From the NCBI GenBank assembly GCA_036498165.1, contig DASXIE010000243.1, positions 1-59,651 of the forward strand: DNA of 59,651 nt. The letters are read 5' to 3'. Shown piece after piece: positions 1-10,072 of this stretch. The notes below the pieces were generated by a model. That model did no database searches and was not told the DNA's origin. It saw only the letters and a program-made list of their open reading frames with translations. How positions within the stretch are numbered: the stretch's first letter is position 1; every line of letters starts with the position of its first letter. Source of the DNA: Caulobacteraceae bacterium. Lineage in GTDB: Bacteria; Pseudomonadota; Alphaproteobacteria; Caulobacterales; Caulobacteraceae. A program made the translations under genes and the position numbers.

Positions 1-246
1 CTCGGCATCGAAGCCGAGATGCACAAGTACGCCGTGCAGGTCACGGTCGCCGACGTCCGCGATGGGGCCTGTTCGTCCTCGACCCTCAAGGAAGCCTGTT
101 CTTGGGGCAAGGTCGACGTGACCTACGAGCAGATGGTCTTCGCCGAAGCGACCACGGTGGTTCCCCTGATCGTCTCCGACGTCTTCCATCGCGGGGCCTG
201 GAAGTCCCGCCAGAAGCGCCATTTCGCCAGGCTGTTCGCCACGTAG
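1..246 (+). CDS. Deoxyhypusine synthase-like protein, C-terminal part (5' end outside window)
   Basis: Frame is open from base 1. YAVQVTVADVRDGACSSSTLKEACSWGKV and VFAEAT match the DHS-family C-terminus. Confidence 0.85.
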   Translation, partial: LGIEAEMHKYAVQVTVADVRDGACSSSTLKEACSWGKVDVTYEQMVFAEATTVVPLIVSDVFHRGAWKSRQKRHFARLFAT

Positions 247-249
247 GTA

Positions 250-633
250 TCAGGTCTCCGGCGCGCGGCGCGGCGTGGCGATCTGCCAGGTGTTGCCCCA
301 GGAGTCCTCAACCATGGCGCGGCGGTCGCCGTACGGCATCTCGGCCGGCTCCTCGAGCGAGCGGGCCCCCGCCGCCAGAGCGCGTCGCCAGGCGGCGTCG
401 ACATCGGTCACATAAACGTACAGAAATCCGGTCGCCGCCTCGCGCAGCCCCGACCCGTCGCTGACCATGATCACGGACTTGCCGATTCGGATCTCGGCGG
501 GGCGGTCGGCATGGCTCTCGCCCCGGGCGTCGAAGACGACTCTGATGAATTCAACCAGCCCGGCGGGGTCGGCGGTGATGAGGCGCGGGATGACCGCGGG
601 GCGGCTCTCCGACGTTATCGCCGCGCCCGCCAT
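250..633 (-). CDS. VOC (glyoxalase/bleomycin resistance, PhnB-like) family protein
   Basis: AEIRIGKSVIMVSD, LYVYVTDVDAAWRRALAAGA and YGDRRAMVEDSWGNTWQIA motifs. Confidence 0.85.
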   Translation of the reverse strand: MAGAAITSESRPAVIPRLITADPAGLVEFIRVVFDARGESHADRPAEIRIGKSVIMVSDGSGLREAATGFLYVYVTDVDAAWRRALAAGARSLEEPAEMPYGDRRAMVEDSWGNTWQIATPRRAPET

Positions 634-1727
634 TTGGCGAGGACAGCGGCCTCGCGCTCTGGCGAGAGGCCGGCCTTCAGCTTGGCCTGGCGCTCGGCTG
701 GGAGGGTCTTGAACCAGGCAAGTGTGTCGGCGGCGGTGAGACTCACCGGGCGGAAGGTCAGGCCGGCGGCCAGGGCGGCGCGGTTGCTGCGCCTATGGAA
801 GCCGGCGGTATCGCCGCTCCCGGGGACCCAGACCGGCATGTCGCTCCACGCCTCGACCTTCTCGGCATCCAGGAACGGGGCGGGAACCCAGATCAGATGG
901 GGATGAGCCCCGATCCCATGGGCGATGCCGGCGAGCATGTCGGCCATGGTCAGTGGGCGGGACGGACCTATTGCATTGAACACCCAGCCGGCGCGCCGCT
1001 CGGCCAGACGCACCGTCCATTCGGCGAGGTCGCGTGCGTCGATGAACTGGACCGGATCGCTCCCGTCGCCGGGAGCCAGGACATCGCCGCCGCGGGCCAG
1101 GCGCGCGGGCCAGTAGGTGAAGCGGTCGGTGGGATCGCCGGGGCCGACGATAAGACCGGGCCGCACGATGGCGGCGGCCGAACCGAACTGTCGGCGCGCC
1201 TCGGTTTCGGACAGGGCCTTGAGCGGCCCGTAGAGGCCACCGACGTCGGCGCTCAGGCTGACGCTCGTTTCGGCCATGGCATCCTTCCCGGCGTAGGGGG
1301 CGAGCGCGGCGGTCTCGTCCGCCCCCGGCTTGTCGCTGGTGGCGTAGACCGAGATGGTCGAGATAAAGATGTAGGCGCCGGTATGGCCCCTCAGCGCCGC
1401 CCCGGCGTCGCGCACCCAGAAGGGTAGGGTTGTTGGATTGTCGATGACGGCGTCCCAGTCCCGCCCGGCCAGGGCCTTCAGATCGCCGGTGTTGCGGTCG
1501 CCGATCAGTTCCTCGACCTTGCCCGGCCATTCCGGTTTTTGGCGGCCGCGATTGAAAAGCGTCACCTGGTGGCCGCGGGAGAGGGCATAGCGCACCTGGT
1601 GCGGGCCGATGAAGCCGGTGCCGCCGAGGATCAGGAGGCGCAGGCGGCGCGGCGCGGCGCGGGCGGTCAGCGCCGCCGAGGCGGCGAGGGCCGGCAGGGC
1701 GGCGACCTGGCGGCGGGTGGGGCGCAT
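615..1727 (-). CDS. NAD-dependent epimerase/dehydratase (extended/atypical SDR) with twin-arginine-like leader
   Basis: LILGGTGFIG Rossmann motif and YGPLK. ATG at 1727 is preceded by GAGGAG. N-terminus is PTRRQVAALPALAA. Confidence 0.8.
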   Translation of the reverse strand: MRPTRRQVAALPALAASAALTARAAPRRLRLLILGGTGFIGPHQVRYALSRGHQVTLFNRGRQKPEWPGKVEELIGDRNTGDLKALAGRDWDAVIDNPTTLPFWVRDAGAALRGHTGAYIFISTISVYATSDKPGADETAALAPYAGKDAMAETSVSLSADVGGLYGPLKALSETEARRQFGSAAAIVRPGLIVGPGDPTDRFTYWPARLARGGDVLAPGDGSDPVQFIDARDLAEWTVRLAERRAGWVFNAIGPSRPLTMADMLAGIAHGIGAHPHLIWVPAPFLDAEKVEAWSDMPVWVPGSGDTAGFHRRSNRAALAAGLTFRPVSLTAADTLAWFKTLPAERQAKLKAGLSPEREAAVLAKWRARR

Positions 1728-1821
1728 GGCGGGCCTCCTCGAGAGAGCCATAGCTATAGCGCAAAGACCGCGCTCCGCGAGCGGGCTTGCGCGGCGCGCC
1801 GGCCTCGTTTCTACCGGGGCC

Positions 1822-2748
1822 ATGACAGAAGCATTCGACGGCCTCGAGGTCTGGCGCGGCGGCGTCAACACCTGGGAGTGCGACGAGATGGGGCACATGA
1901 ACGTGCGCTTCTACGTGGCGCGCGCCATGCAGGGCCTGGCCGGGGTGGCCGCCGCCCTCGGTCTCGCCGGCGCCTTCCGGCCCGACGCCCAGGCGACCTT
2001 GCTCGTCAAGGACCATCACATCCGGTTCATCCGCGAAGCGCGCGCCGGGGCGCCGCTCGTCATGCGCGCCGGGGTCATTGAGATGGGCGAAGACCAAGCG
2101 CGGATGCTTCAGCTTCTCTTCCACGCGGGGAGCGGCGAGCTGGCCGCGAGCTTTCAGGCCGTCGTGAGCCACGTAACCAGCCGGGAGGGGCGGGTGTTTC
2201 CGTTCTCGCCGGCGGTGCGCGAACGGGCCGTGGCGATCACCATGGCGGTTCCGGAACGGGCCGCGCCGCGCAGCCTCGATCTGGCTCCGACCTCGGGCCG
2301 GGCGAGCCTGGCGGAGGCGGAGCGCCTCGGACTCATCCCCATCGCCGCCGGGGCCTTCGTCGCGCAGGACTGCGATGTCTTCGGGCGCGTGGACGCCGAG
2401 CACATCATCGGTCGAGTGGCCGAAGGTGTTCCGACATTGGGGGCGGCGCTCAGCGGCGCCTCGGCCCGGAGAGAGGGCCTCGGCGGAGCGGTGCTGGAGT
2501 ATCGCCTCGCATACGCCGACTGGCCCCGGGCCGGTGACCGTTATGAGGTCCGCTCTGGCCTCATTGGCTTCGATGACCGCGCCCAGCGCCTAGCCCACTG
2601 GGTCCTCGACCCGGCCACCGGTGTGGCGTGGGCGACCAGCGAAGCGGTGGCCATTTCCCTGGATCTGGCGGCGCGCAGGATCGTCCCCCTGGCCGATGAG
2701 GCCAAGGCGCGGCTCGCCGGACAGGTTACGCCGGGTTTGTCGCTCTAG
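1822..2748 (+). CDS. Double hot-dog acyl-CoA thioesterase family protein
   Basis: WECDEMGHMNVRFY and a second degenerate DCDVFGRV motif. Confidence 0.8.
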   Translation: MTEAFDGLEVWRGGVNTWECDEMGHMNVRFYVARAMQGLAGVAAALGLAGAFRPDAQATLLVKDHHIRFIREARAGAPLVMRAGVIEMGEDQARMLQLLFHAGSGELAASFQAVVSHVTSREGRVFPFSPAVRERAVAITMAVPERAAPRSLDLAPTSGRASLAEAERLGLIPIAAGAFVAQDCDVFGRVDAEHIIGRVAEGVPTLGAALSGASARREGLGGAVLEYRLAYADWPRAGDRYEVRSGLIGFDDRAQRLAHWVLDPATGVAWATSEAVAISLDLAARRIVPLADEAKARLAGQVTPGLSL

Positions 2749-3596
2749 CTCTCGGTCATCGCCCGGCGCAGGCCCTCGGTTGCGAGGGCGGGGCGCTCCA
2801 TTGGGAGGAAGTGGCTGGTTCCAGGAACGATCTCGACGGTGATGGAGCCTACCGCCTCGCTGACGTGGCAAGTGGAGTTGCGTTCGGCCTTGATGATTTC
2901 CACCCGGCACCGCGCGGCGGCCAGGGCGGCCCATGGATCGCTGCCTTGGGCGAGGAAAGTGGAGGCCTCCCAAGCCGGTTCGCAGGCCAGCCGGACGGCG
3001 CCGCCCGGCGTGTCCCGGAAGCCGGCTTCGACATAATCGGCCAGCATGTCGTCCGGCCACGAGGCGAAGGCTCCGCGGCCGCGGTAGGCGGCGAGCGCCG
3101 CCGCCCGGCTGGGGAATTCCGCCCGCCGCCGCCGCGCGCCTTCGATCAGGGTCGAATGCGCCTCTCCTCCTGCGCCGCCGCCGCCGCGCGGGGCGATGAC
3201 CGGATCGAAGAGTAGGACGCGGCGAACACGCTCGCCGCTCGCTGTTGCGGCCAACAGGGCGGCCGTCCCGCCCAGGGAATGGCCGGAAAGGACGACATGC
3301 CGCAAATCGAGCGTCTCGATGAGGGCGATCAGGTCGTCGCGGAAGTCATCCCAGTCGGAGCGGCCGTCGGCCTGGGTAGGGAGACTCGAAGCCCCGTGGC
3401 CGCGCTGGTCGACGGCGAGGATGCGGAAGTCCGCCGCCAGGGGCTCGAGAATGCGGCGGTAGGTAAGGGCGTTGAAGCCGTTGGCATGCAGGAAGACGAG
3501 GTCGATCGGTCGTTCGGGCGGGCCGAAGTCGAGGGCCGCGAGGGCGCCTTCGCCGCGGCCGGCAAGTGCGATGGAACGGTGGCTGAACGCGGCTAC
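2745..3596 (-). CDS. Alpha/beta hydrolase (start codon unclear)
   Basis: FLHANGF, DQRGHG, nucleophile elbow GHSLGG and catalytic His in SHFLPME. No in-frame ATG/GTG/TTG near the domain start, so the boundary is placed at the GTA overlapping the upstream stop. Confidence 0.7.
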   Translation of the reverse strand, partial: VAAFSHRSIALAGRGEGALAALDFGPPERPIDLVFLHANGFNALTYRRILEPLAADFRILAVDQRGHGASSLPTQADGRSDWDDFRDDLIALIETLDLRHVVLSGHSLGGTAALLAATASGERVRRVLLFDPVIAPRGGGGAGGEAHSTLIEGARRRRAEFPSRAAALAAYRGRGAFASWPDDMLADYVEAGFRDTPGGAVRLACEPAWEASTFLAQGSDPWAALAAARCRVEIIKAERNSTCHVSEAVGSITVEIVPGTSHFLPMERPALATEGLRRAMTES

Positions 3597-4255
3597 TTCT
3601 TGTCTGGCGCGCCGGTGGCCAGCTGGATAAGGGCGGCGATGCGATCGGTGGAATCGGCCGCCTGGCCCAACATGTGAAGAGGCGAGGCACCCGGTTTGAC
3701 CGCCGCCACGACCTGGTTGGCGGCGCTCTGGGCCATGACCACGGCGGCGTTCTGGGCCTGGGCGATCTTGACGCCCGTGGGGGCCGCGTTCTGGTAAATG
3801 AAGCCGTATGTCGGATAGGTCGTCGCGCCGAGGTCGCGCGAGGGGTCGTTCCACACCTTGACCTCGGACCAGTCGCCGCCCGGCGAGACATCGATCACGG
3901 TGACGTTTTTCTCGATGTGACCTCGGTCGCCCTCGATTAGCGACCAGTTGGCGTGCGTGATCTGAATGATCCGGTCGGTAAGCACCTGGGTGACCACGGC
4001 GACGTGTCCCAGCCGCATGCGGCCGGTGGCCTTGAAGCACAGCACCGCCCCGGTCTTGGGCAGGTAGCCCGTTGGATAGCGCCCGGCGGCCTGCTGCCAC
4101 CAAGTGTGGGCGTCACCGAAGATCTGGATGCCGGACATCAGGCGGGCGAAGGGAACGCACTGCCAATAGTCCTGAGCCGAGACGCACGCCGGACTGAGGG
4201 CGAGGGAAACCGCTATGACAAGGGAACCCAGGCGGGTTCGCGTACGCTGGCTCAT
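3593..4255 (-). CDS. Secreted CHAP-domain peptidoglycan hydrolase
   Basis: Signal peptide, WQCVPFAR (catalytic Cys), GHVAVV (His) and HANW. Confidence 0.85.
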   Translation of the reverse strand: MSQRTRTRLGSLVIAVSLALSPACVSAQDYWQCVPFARLMSGIQIFGDAHTWWQQAAGRYPTGYLPKTGAVLCFKATGRMRLGHVAVVTQVLTDRIIQITHANWSLIEGDRGHIEKNVTVIDVSPGGDWSEVKVWNDPSRDLGATTYPTYGFIYQNAAPTGVKIAQAQNAAVVMAQSAANQVVAAVKPGASPLHMLGQAADSTDRIAALIQLATGAPDKK

Positions 4256-4734
4256 GTTTCGCCGTTTTCCCCGGTGGGCAGCCAAAGACCTACCTTTGTA
4301 TCGGGAGAATGAAAAGAGTCTTTACGACTGGATCGGTCGCGATCTCGTGATCCGCTCCATGGCGCGCGCGACAACATACGCCGTAAGGTGACGCTTCCTG
4401 TGGATAATTTGCGGGGACATTAACGGGGACAACTCAAATAATACCCAACAATTCGCGCCAGACATGGCCAAGTTGCGGGTGATATACTTGGAAGAGTTGG
4501 TTTTCGTCGACCCGGCTTCACATTGATATTGGTCTTGAAACGCGCCGAAATCAGCCGTGATCGCCCCAAAACGCTTGCTTCGCCCCATTTTCGCCCACCG
4601 CTAGCTTGGCGGCCAAGTGAAACGCCCGTTCCGAGCGCGGTTTTAGGCTCAAGCGGCGCGAATGCAGCGCCGACCTTGGTTGCGAGCGGATGAACTTCGC
4701 GAGGCCGCCGCGGCGCGACGTTCGGTCGCATTCT

Positions 4735-6927
4735 TCAGAGGAAGTTGTAGGGATCGATGTCGATGGTCAGGCGAATCATCCCTGGCGGCCGAACACGCGC
4801 CCGCCAGGTCTGCATGAAGGCCGAAAGGTCGACGCTGCGCTCGGCGCGGACGAGGAATCGCTTGCGCCGGCGGCCGCGGACGAGGCCGAGCGGCGCGTCG
4901 GCCGGTCCGTATACCTCCACTCCGTCCGCATTGGGTGCCTCGGCGGCCATGGCCCGGGCGAAGGCGTCCAGGGTGGCGGGGTCGGGGGCGGAGACGATTA
5001 CCGCCGCCAAGCGGGCGAAAGGTGGCAGGCCGGCCTCCTGGCGCTCAGCCATCTCGGTCTCGATGAAGGCGTCGCGGTCAGCGCTCGCCAGGGCGGCCAT
5101 CACCGGATGCTCAGGCGCCCAGGTTTGGATGAGCGCTCTTCCCCGCCGCTCACGCCTCCCCGCCCGGCCGGAGACTTGGGTGAGAAGCTGAAAGGTGCGC
5201 TCGGCGGCGCGCAGGTCGCCTCCGCGCAGGCCCAGATCCGCGTCCACGACGCCCACAAGGGTCAGGTGCGGGAAGTCGTGGCCTTTGGCGGCGGCCTGTG
5301 TGGCCACCAGTATGTCGATCTCGCCGGCCGCCATCTGGTCGACGAGGTCGCGCGCGGCCTGGGCGTCGGCCACAGTGTCGGAGGAAAACACCGCCAGCCG
5401 CGCCTTGGGGAACCGCCGCCGGGCCTCCTCCTCGACCCGCTCGACGCCAGGGCCCACGGAGACAAGGGAATCCTCCGCCTGGCAGTGGGGACAGCGGCGC
5501 GGCTTGGGCATGGAAAAGCCGGTCAAGTGGCAGACCAGGCGGCCGCTGTAGCGGTGTTCGACTAGCCAGGAATCGGTGTCGGGGGCGCGGAGGCGCTCGC
5601 CGCACGCCCGGCACAGGACGAGCGGCGCGTAACCGCGGCGATTGAGGAACAACAGCGCCTGTTCGTCGCGCGCCAGGGTCGCCTCCATGGCGTCCACCAA
5701 CGGTGGCGAGAGCCAGGCGCCGGGCTCGGGCGACTGCGCGCGCAGGTCGATGAGGGTCACCTCGGGAAGGACCGCCGCGCCATGGCGGTCAGAGAGCTTG
5801 AGCCAGCGATAGCGGCCGGCGCGGGCGTTCCACAGGGTTTCCAGCGAGGGGGTGGCCGAGGCCAGGACGGCCGCGCAATTCTCGATCTTGGCGCGGGCGA
5901 CGGCCAGGTCGCGGGCCTGGTAGATGAAGCCGTCCTCCTGCTTGTAGGCGCCGTCGTGCTCCTCGTCGACGACGATCAGGGCCAGGCGGACGAAGGGCAG
6001 GAAGAGGGCGGAACGGGCCCCCACCACGATGCGCGCCTCGCCGCGCGCGACGCCTTCCCAGACCGCCCGGCGACGGCCGGGAGCCATGCCCGAATGCCAC
6101 TGGGCCGGGGCGGCGCCAAAACGCCTCTCGAACCGGTCGATGACCGCCGCGGTGAGGGCGATCTCTGGCAGCAGGACGAGAACCTGGCCGTCGGTGGAGC
6201 CGGCGAGGGCGGCGGCGACGGCCTCAAGATAGACCTCGGTCTTGCCCGAGCCGGTCACCCCGTCGAGCAGGGCGGCGGCGAAGCCTCCCGCCTCGATCAT
6301 GTCTGTGAGCGAGGCGGCCGCGGCCTCCTGGCCGGGATTGAGCGAAGCGCCGGGGCGCGACGGATCCGGCGGCTCGAAGCGGTCCTCCGCGGTCACCCAG
6401 GTTTCGGTCAGGACCCCCTCGCGGAGGAGGGGGGCGAGGACGCCCACGGAGACGCCGGCCGCGCGGGCCAGTTCGCCAGGGGTCATTGGGCTTGTCGCGG
6501 CCGCGAGCACTCTCGCGCGGGCGGGGGTCGGACGGCCCGGGGCGAGTCCGCTGGCGGCCAGGTGGCGCTGCGGGGCCGGGCGGCGGGCGCCAAGGCCGCG
6601 GATGGCCATGGCCAGGGGCCGGCCGGGGAAATCGACGCCATAGCGCGCGGCCCACTCGACGAACTCCACCGCCCGAAGCGGCATGGGAGGGTCCGCCAGC
6701 CGCGACTCGACGGCCTTGAGCGGCCGGTTGGCGCCCGCGGCGCCCTTTATGGCCACCACCACCCCGCGAACCAGCCGCGGTCCCAGCGGTACGGCGACGT
6801 GATCGCCCACGGCAAGGCCAAGGCCCTCAGGCTCGGCGTAGTCGAAGGCTTCCGGGAGCGGCAGCGGCAGCAGCACCTGGGCGATGCGGCCCGCCGGCAC
6901 TCCTTCGCCCGGTTCATGCTCGGCCAT
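4735..6927 (-). CDS. priA: Primosomal protein N' (replication restart helicase)
   Basis: GVTGSGKT, DEEH, SATPS, NRRGY, CxxC zinc motifs and C-terminal IDIDP. Confidence 0.97.
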   Translation of the reverse strand: MAEHEPGEGVPAGRIAQVLLPLPLPEAFDYAEPEGLGLAVGDHVAVPLGPRLVRGVVVAIKGAAGANRPLKAVESRLADPPMPLRAVEFVEWAARYGVDFPGRPLAMAIRGLGARRPAPQRHLAASGLAPGRPTPARARVLAAATSPMTPGELARAAGVSVGVLAPLLREGVLTETWVTAEDRFEPPDPSRPGASLNPGQEAAAASLTDMIEAGGFAAALLDGVTGSGKTEVYLEAVAAALAGSTDGQVLVLLPEIALTAAVIDRFERRFGAAPAQWHSGMAPGRRRAVWEGVARGEARIVVGARSALFLPFVRLALIVVDEEHDGAYKQEDGFIYQARDLAVARAKIENCAAVLASATPSLETLWNARAGRYRWLKLSDRHGAAVLPEVTLIDLRAQSPEPGAWLSPPLVDAMEATLARDEQALLFLNRRGYAPLVLCRACGERLRAPDTDSWLVEHRYSGRLVCHLTGFSMPKPRRCPHCQAEDSLVSVGPGVERVEEEARRRFPKARLAVFSSDTVADAQAARDLVDQMAAGEIDILVATQAAAKGHDFPHLTLVGVVDADLGLRGGDLRAAERTFQLLTQVSGRAGRRERRGRALIQTWAPEHPVMAALASADRDAFIETEMAERQEAGLPPFARLAAVIVSAPDPATLDAFARAMAAEAPNADGVEVYGPADAPLGLVRGRRRKRFLVRAERSVDLSAFMQTWRARVRPPGMIRLTIDIDPYNFL

Positions 6928-7050
6928 GCGCCGCTCATCGGGGGTTTTCCGGCCCGCTTCAAGCGGCCGTTAACCCTGGCCGGGTTCTGATGAGCCTTCG
7001 AGAGGCGCCAAGAGTGCTGACGCTCACATCGTCTGGGGGACGGGAAGGTC

Positions 7051-7734
7051 ATGGATGCCAGAGCCGCGGCGCAGCCGCTGGACGAGACCGAAATGGTGAA
7101 GGTGGTGCTGCGGACGCATCGAGAGGCGGTGATGCAGGACGCCGCCCTTCTGGCCGAGCTCGGCCTGCGTCTGGATGCGGCCAATATCGTCGATTTCGGG
7201 CCCGTAGCCCTCTCGCGGGTCGCCGCCGCTCACGAGCGCGAATCGAGCCAGAGAAAACGCCTCGAAGCCATCTCGGCGGCCAATTTCGCCGCCCAGACCC
7301 GCACCCATGCCTCGGTGATCGAGCTTCTGGAGGCGCGCGATCACGCCGACCTGGCGCGCCGGGTGGACGATATCGCCCGCACTCAGTTCGATCTGGTGGC
7401 CGGGGTGGTGGCCCTGGAAGGACCAGAAGGCGTGCCCGGCGGCTGGCGGGCCCTGGCTGAGGGCCAGGTCGATCTCATCCTCGGCCGTCGGCGCCAGGCC
7501 AGGATGGGCGTCGCTCCCACCGCCCTTGGCCTCTTCGGCGATTTGGCCCCGGTGGTGGGCAGCGTGGCCATGGTGCGCCTGGCCGTCGCCGGTCGTGGGG
7601 GGGTGATCGCCTTTGCCGGCGGCGAGAGTGGCGCCTTCACCGCCGACATGGGAGCCGAACTGGTGACATTCCTGGCCAGGGTCGTCGAACGGACGGCGCG
7701 CCGCTGGCCGTGGGAGAAGGGCGCGCCCGCTTGA
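7051..7734 (+). CDS. DUF484 family protein
   Basis: N-terminal NIVDF plus coiled segment and C-terminal FTADMGAELVTFLARV. Sits in the typical position upstream of xerC. Confidence 0.75.
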   Translation: MDARAAAQPLDETEMVKVVLRTHREAVMQDAALLAELGLRLDAANIVDFGPVALSRVAAAHERESSQRKRLEAISAANFAAQTRTHASVIELLEARDHADLARRVDDIARTQFDLVAGVVALEGPEGVPGGWRALAEGQVDLILGRRRQARMGVAPTALGLFGDLAPVVGSVAMVRLAVAGRGGVIAFAGGESGAFTADMGAELVTFLARVVERTARRWPWEKGAPA

Positions 7735-8645
7735 CCGGCCCTGAGGCGCTGGCGGCCTTTCTCGACCACCACGCGAACGAGCGGCGGGCGAGCCGGCGGA
7801 CCCTCGAAGCCTACGGCGCCTGCGTAAGGTCCTACCTCAGTTTCCTTGAGCGCCACCTCGGGGGCCCTCCCAGCCTGCCGGGGCTTGGAGGTGTCAGCGC
7901 GGCCGACCTGCGCGCTTTCCTGTCGGCGCGGCGAACCGGCGAGCGGCCGCTCTCCGCCCGCTCCCTTTCCCAGGCCCTGTCGGCGATCCGCGCCTTCCAT
8001 CGCTTCCTCGACGCTCGCCTGGCGACCCCCAACGTCTCGATCAGCCTGGTGCGCGGCCCGAGGATCAAACCCGGGACCCCGCGGCCGGTAAGCGAGGACG
8101 AGGCCGCCGGCCTGCTTGCCGAGGCGGGTTTGGAAGAGGCGCGCGCGGAATGGACCGCCCGCCGCGACGAGGCGGTGCTCACCCTTCTGTGGGGCTGCGG
8201 CCTGCGGATCAGCGAGGCCCTGGCCCTGAAACGCGCCGATGCGCCATTGCCGGCCTCCCTGCGCATCCTCGGCAAGGGCGGCAAGACGCGCCTCGCCCCG
8301 GTGTTGCCGGCCGTGCGGGAGGCGGTGGAGGCCTACATCGAGGCCATGCCCTACGTGCTCGGACCCGAGGAGCCCCTGTTTCGCGCCGCTCGCGGGGGCG
8401 CGCTGACGCCGCGCCATGTCCAGGCCTTGATGCAGCGCTTGCGCGGCCGCCTGGGCCTCTCCGAACGGGCGACGCCGCACGCCCTGCGTCACTCCTTCGC
8501 CACACACTTGCTGGGGGCGGGCGCCGATCTGCGCTCGATCCAGGAACTGCTCGGCCACGCCAGCCTCTCTACGACCCAGCGATACACCGCCGTCGACGCC
8601 GCCGGCCTGATGAGCGCCTACGCCAAGGCGCATCCGCGCGCCTAG
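7731..8645 (+). CDS. xerC: Tyrosine recombinase XerC
   Basis: GLRISE, GKGGK, HALRHSFATHLL and LGHASLSTTQRY catalytic motifs. TTG start overlaps the DUF484 stop, with GGAGAAGG upstream (alternative GTG at 7710). Confidence 0.9.
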   Translation: MTGPEALAAFLDHHANERRASRRTLEAYGACVRSYLSFLERHLGGPPSLPGLGGVSAADLRAFLSARRTGERPLSARSLSQALSAIRAFHRFLDARLATPNVSISLVRGPRIKPGTPRPVSEDEAAGLLAEAGLEEARAEWTARRDEAVLTLLWGCGLRISEALALKRADAPLPASLRILGKGGKTRLAPVLPAVREAVEAYIEAMPYVLGPEEPLFRAARGGALTPRHVQALMQRLRGRLGLSERATPHALRHSFATHLLGAGADLRSIQELLGHASLSTTQRYTAVDAAGLMSAYAKAHPRA

Positions 8646-10039
8646 GCCTGCATGGTCCAGCCTTCGACCCCCATCGCCGCCTGGCGCAGGGCTTCGGAGC
8701 GGGTGGGATGGGGGTGCGAAGTGCGGGCGATATCCTCGGAGGCGGCTGAGAACTCCATGGCCACGCAGGCTTCGGCGATCATCTCGCTGACGTCAGGGCC
8801 GATCATGTGGACGCCGAGCACGAGGTCGCTGGCGGCGTCAGCCAGCACCTTCACGAAGCCCTCGGCCTCGTGGTTGATCTTGGCCCGGGCGTTGGCGGTG
8901 AATGGGAACTTGCCGACCTTGTAGGCGACGTCGCGGGCCTTCAGATCCTCCTCCGTCGCCCCGACGGTGGCCACCTCCGGCCAAGTGTAGATGACGCTGG
9001 GGATGACGTTCTCGTTCACGTGGCCCGCCCGGCCGGCAATGGTCTCGATGCATGCCACCGCCTCGTCCTCGGCTTTATGGGCCAGCATCGGACCGTGGGT
9101 GACATCGCCGATCGCCCACACCCCGGCGGCGCTGGTGGCGAAATGGTTGGCCTCGATGAAGCCCTGGCCGTCGGGGACGACGCCGACTGTTTCCAAGCCA
9201 AGGCCATCCGTGTACGGACGGCGGCCGATCGCCAGCAGCAGATAGTCGGCCTCGAGGGTCTCGGCCGTCCCGCCGGCGACCGGCTCGAAAGTCACGGCCA
9301 CGGACTTGGCGCTTGCCTTGGCGCCCGTCACCTTGCAGCCCAGGCGGAACTCGACACCCTGGCGGGTCAAGGAGCGCTGCAGGGTCTTGGCGACCTCGCC
9401 GTCGACGCCGGGGGTGATCCGTTCGAGGAACTCGACCACCGTCACCTTGGCCCCCAGGCGGCGCCACACCGAGCCGAGTTCCAGGCCAATGATCCCCGCC
9501 CCGATGACGATCAGGCTGGCGGGGACCTCAGGGAGGGCCAGCGCCCCGGTCGAATCGACGATCCTCTTCTGATCGACGCTCACGCCCGTGAGCGGCGCCG
9601 GCTGCGAGCCCGAGGCGATCACGATATTGGCGGTCTCCAGGGTTGTGACTTCGCCGCCCGGGGCAGTGACCGCAACCTTGCCCGGCCCGGCGATAGCGGC
9701 TTTGCCGCGGATCCACTCGACCTTGTTCTTCTTGAAGAGGAACTCCACGCCCTTGGTGAGCTGGCCGACCGAAGCTTCCTTCTGGGCCATCATCGCCGCC
9801 AGGTTGAGCTTGGGGGCAACCTCTATGCCTAGGCCGGCGAAGTCCTTGGCCGCCATCTCAAACAGCTCGGAGGCGTGGAGCAGCGCCTTGGAGGGGATGC
9901 AGCCGACATTGAGGCAAGTGCCGCCCAGGGTCTCGCGGCTCTCGACGCAAGCGACCTTGAGGCCAAGCTGGCCGGCTCGGATGGCCCCGTTGTAGCCGCC
10001 CGGCCCGCCGCCGATGATGATCACGTCATAGCCGGCCAT
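8642..10039 (-). CDS. lpdA: Dihydrolipoamide dehydrogenase (E3)
   Basis: GGGPGG, GGTCLNVGCIPSK and HPHPTRSE. Confidence 0.97.
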   Translation of the reverse strand: MAGYDVIIIGGGPGGYNGAIRAGQLGLKVACVESRETLGGTCLNVGCIPSKALLHASELFEMAAKDFAGLGIEVAPKLNLAAMMAQKEASVGQLTKGVEFLFKKNKVEWIRGKAAIAGPGKVAVTAPGGEVTTLETANIVIASGSQPAPLTGVSVDQKRIVDSTGALALPEVPASLIVIGAGIIGLELGSVWRRLGAKVTVVEFLERITPGVDGEVAKTLQRSLTRQGVEFRLGCKVTGAKASAKSVAVTFEPVAGGTAETLEADYLLLAIGRRPYTDGLGLETVGVVPDGQGFIEANHFATSAAGVWAIGDVTHGPMLAHKAEDEAVACIETIAGRAGHVNENVIPSVIYTWPEVATVGATEEDLKARDVAYKVGKFPFTANARAKINHEAEGFVKVLADAASDLVLGVHMIGPDVSEMIAEACVAMEFSAASEDIARTSHPHPTRSEALRQAAMGVEGWTMQA

Positions 10040-10072
10040 GGCTGCGCTCCGAATGCCTCGATGGCGAGGGGG

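Noticed and set aside
6969-6975. CtrA-like TTAACC half-site between priA and DUF484 (also TTAA near 54317)
   Set aside because: No full TTAA-N7-TTAA site, so it is too weak to call.
7731-8645. Tyrosine recombinase as the island integrase
   Set aside because: Its motifs and DUF484/priA/lpdA context fit housekeeping XerC. It is 18 kb from the island, and the island-flanking repeats do not resemble dif.
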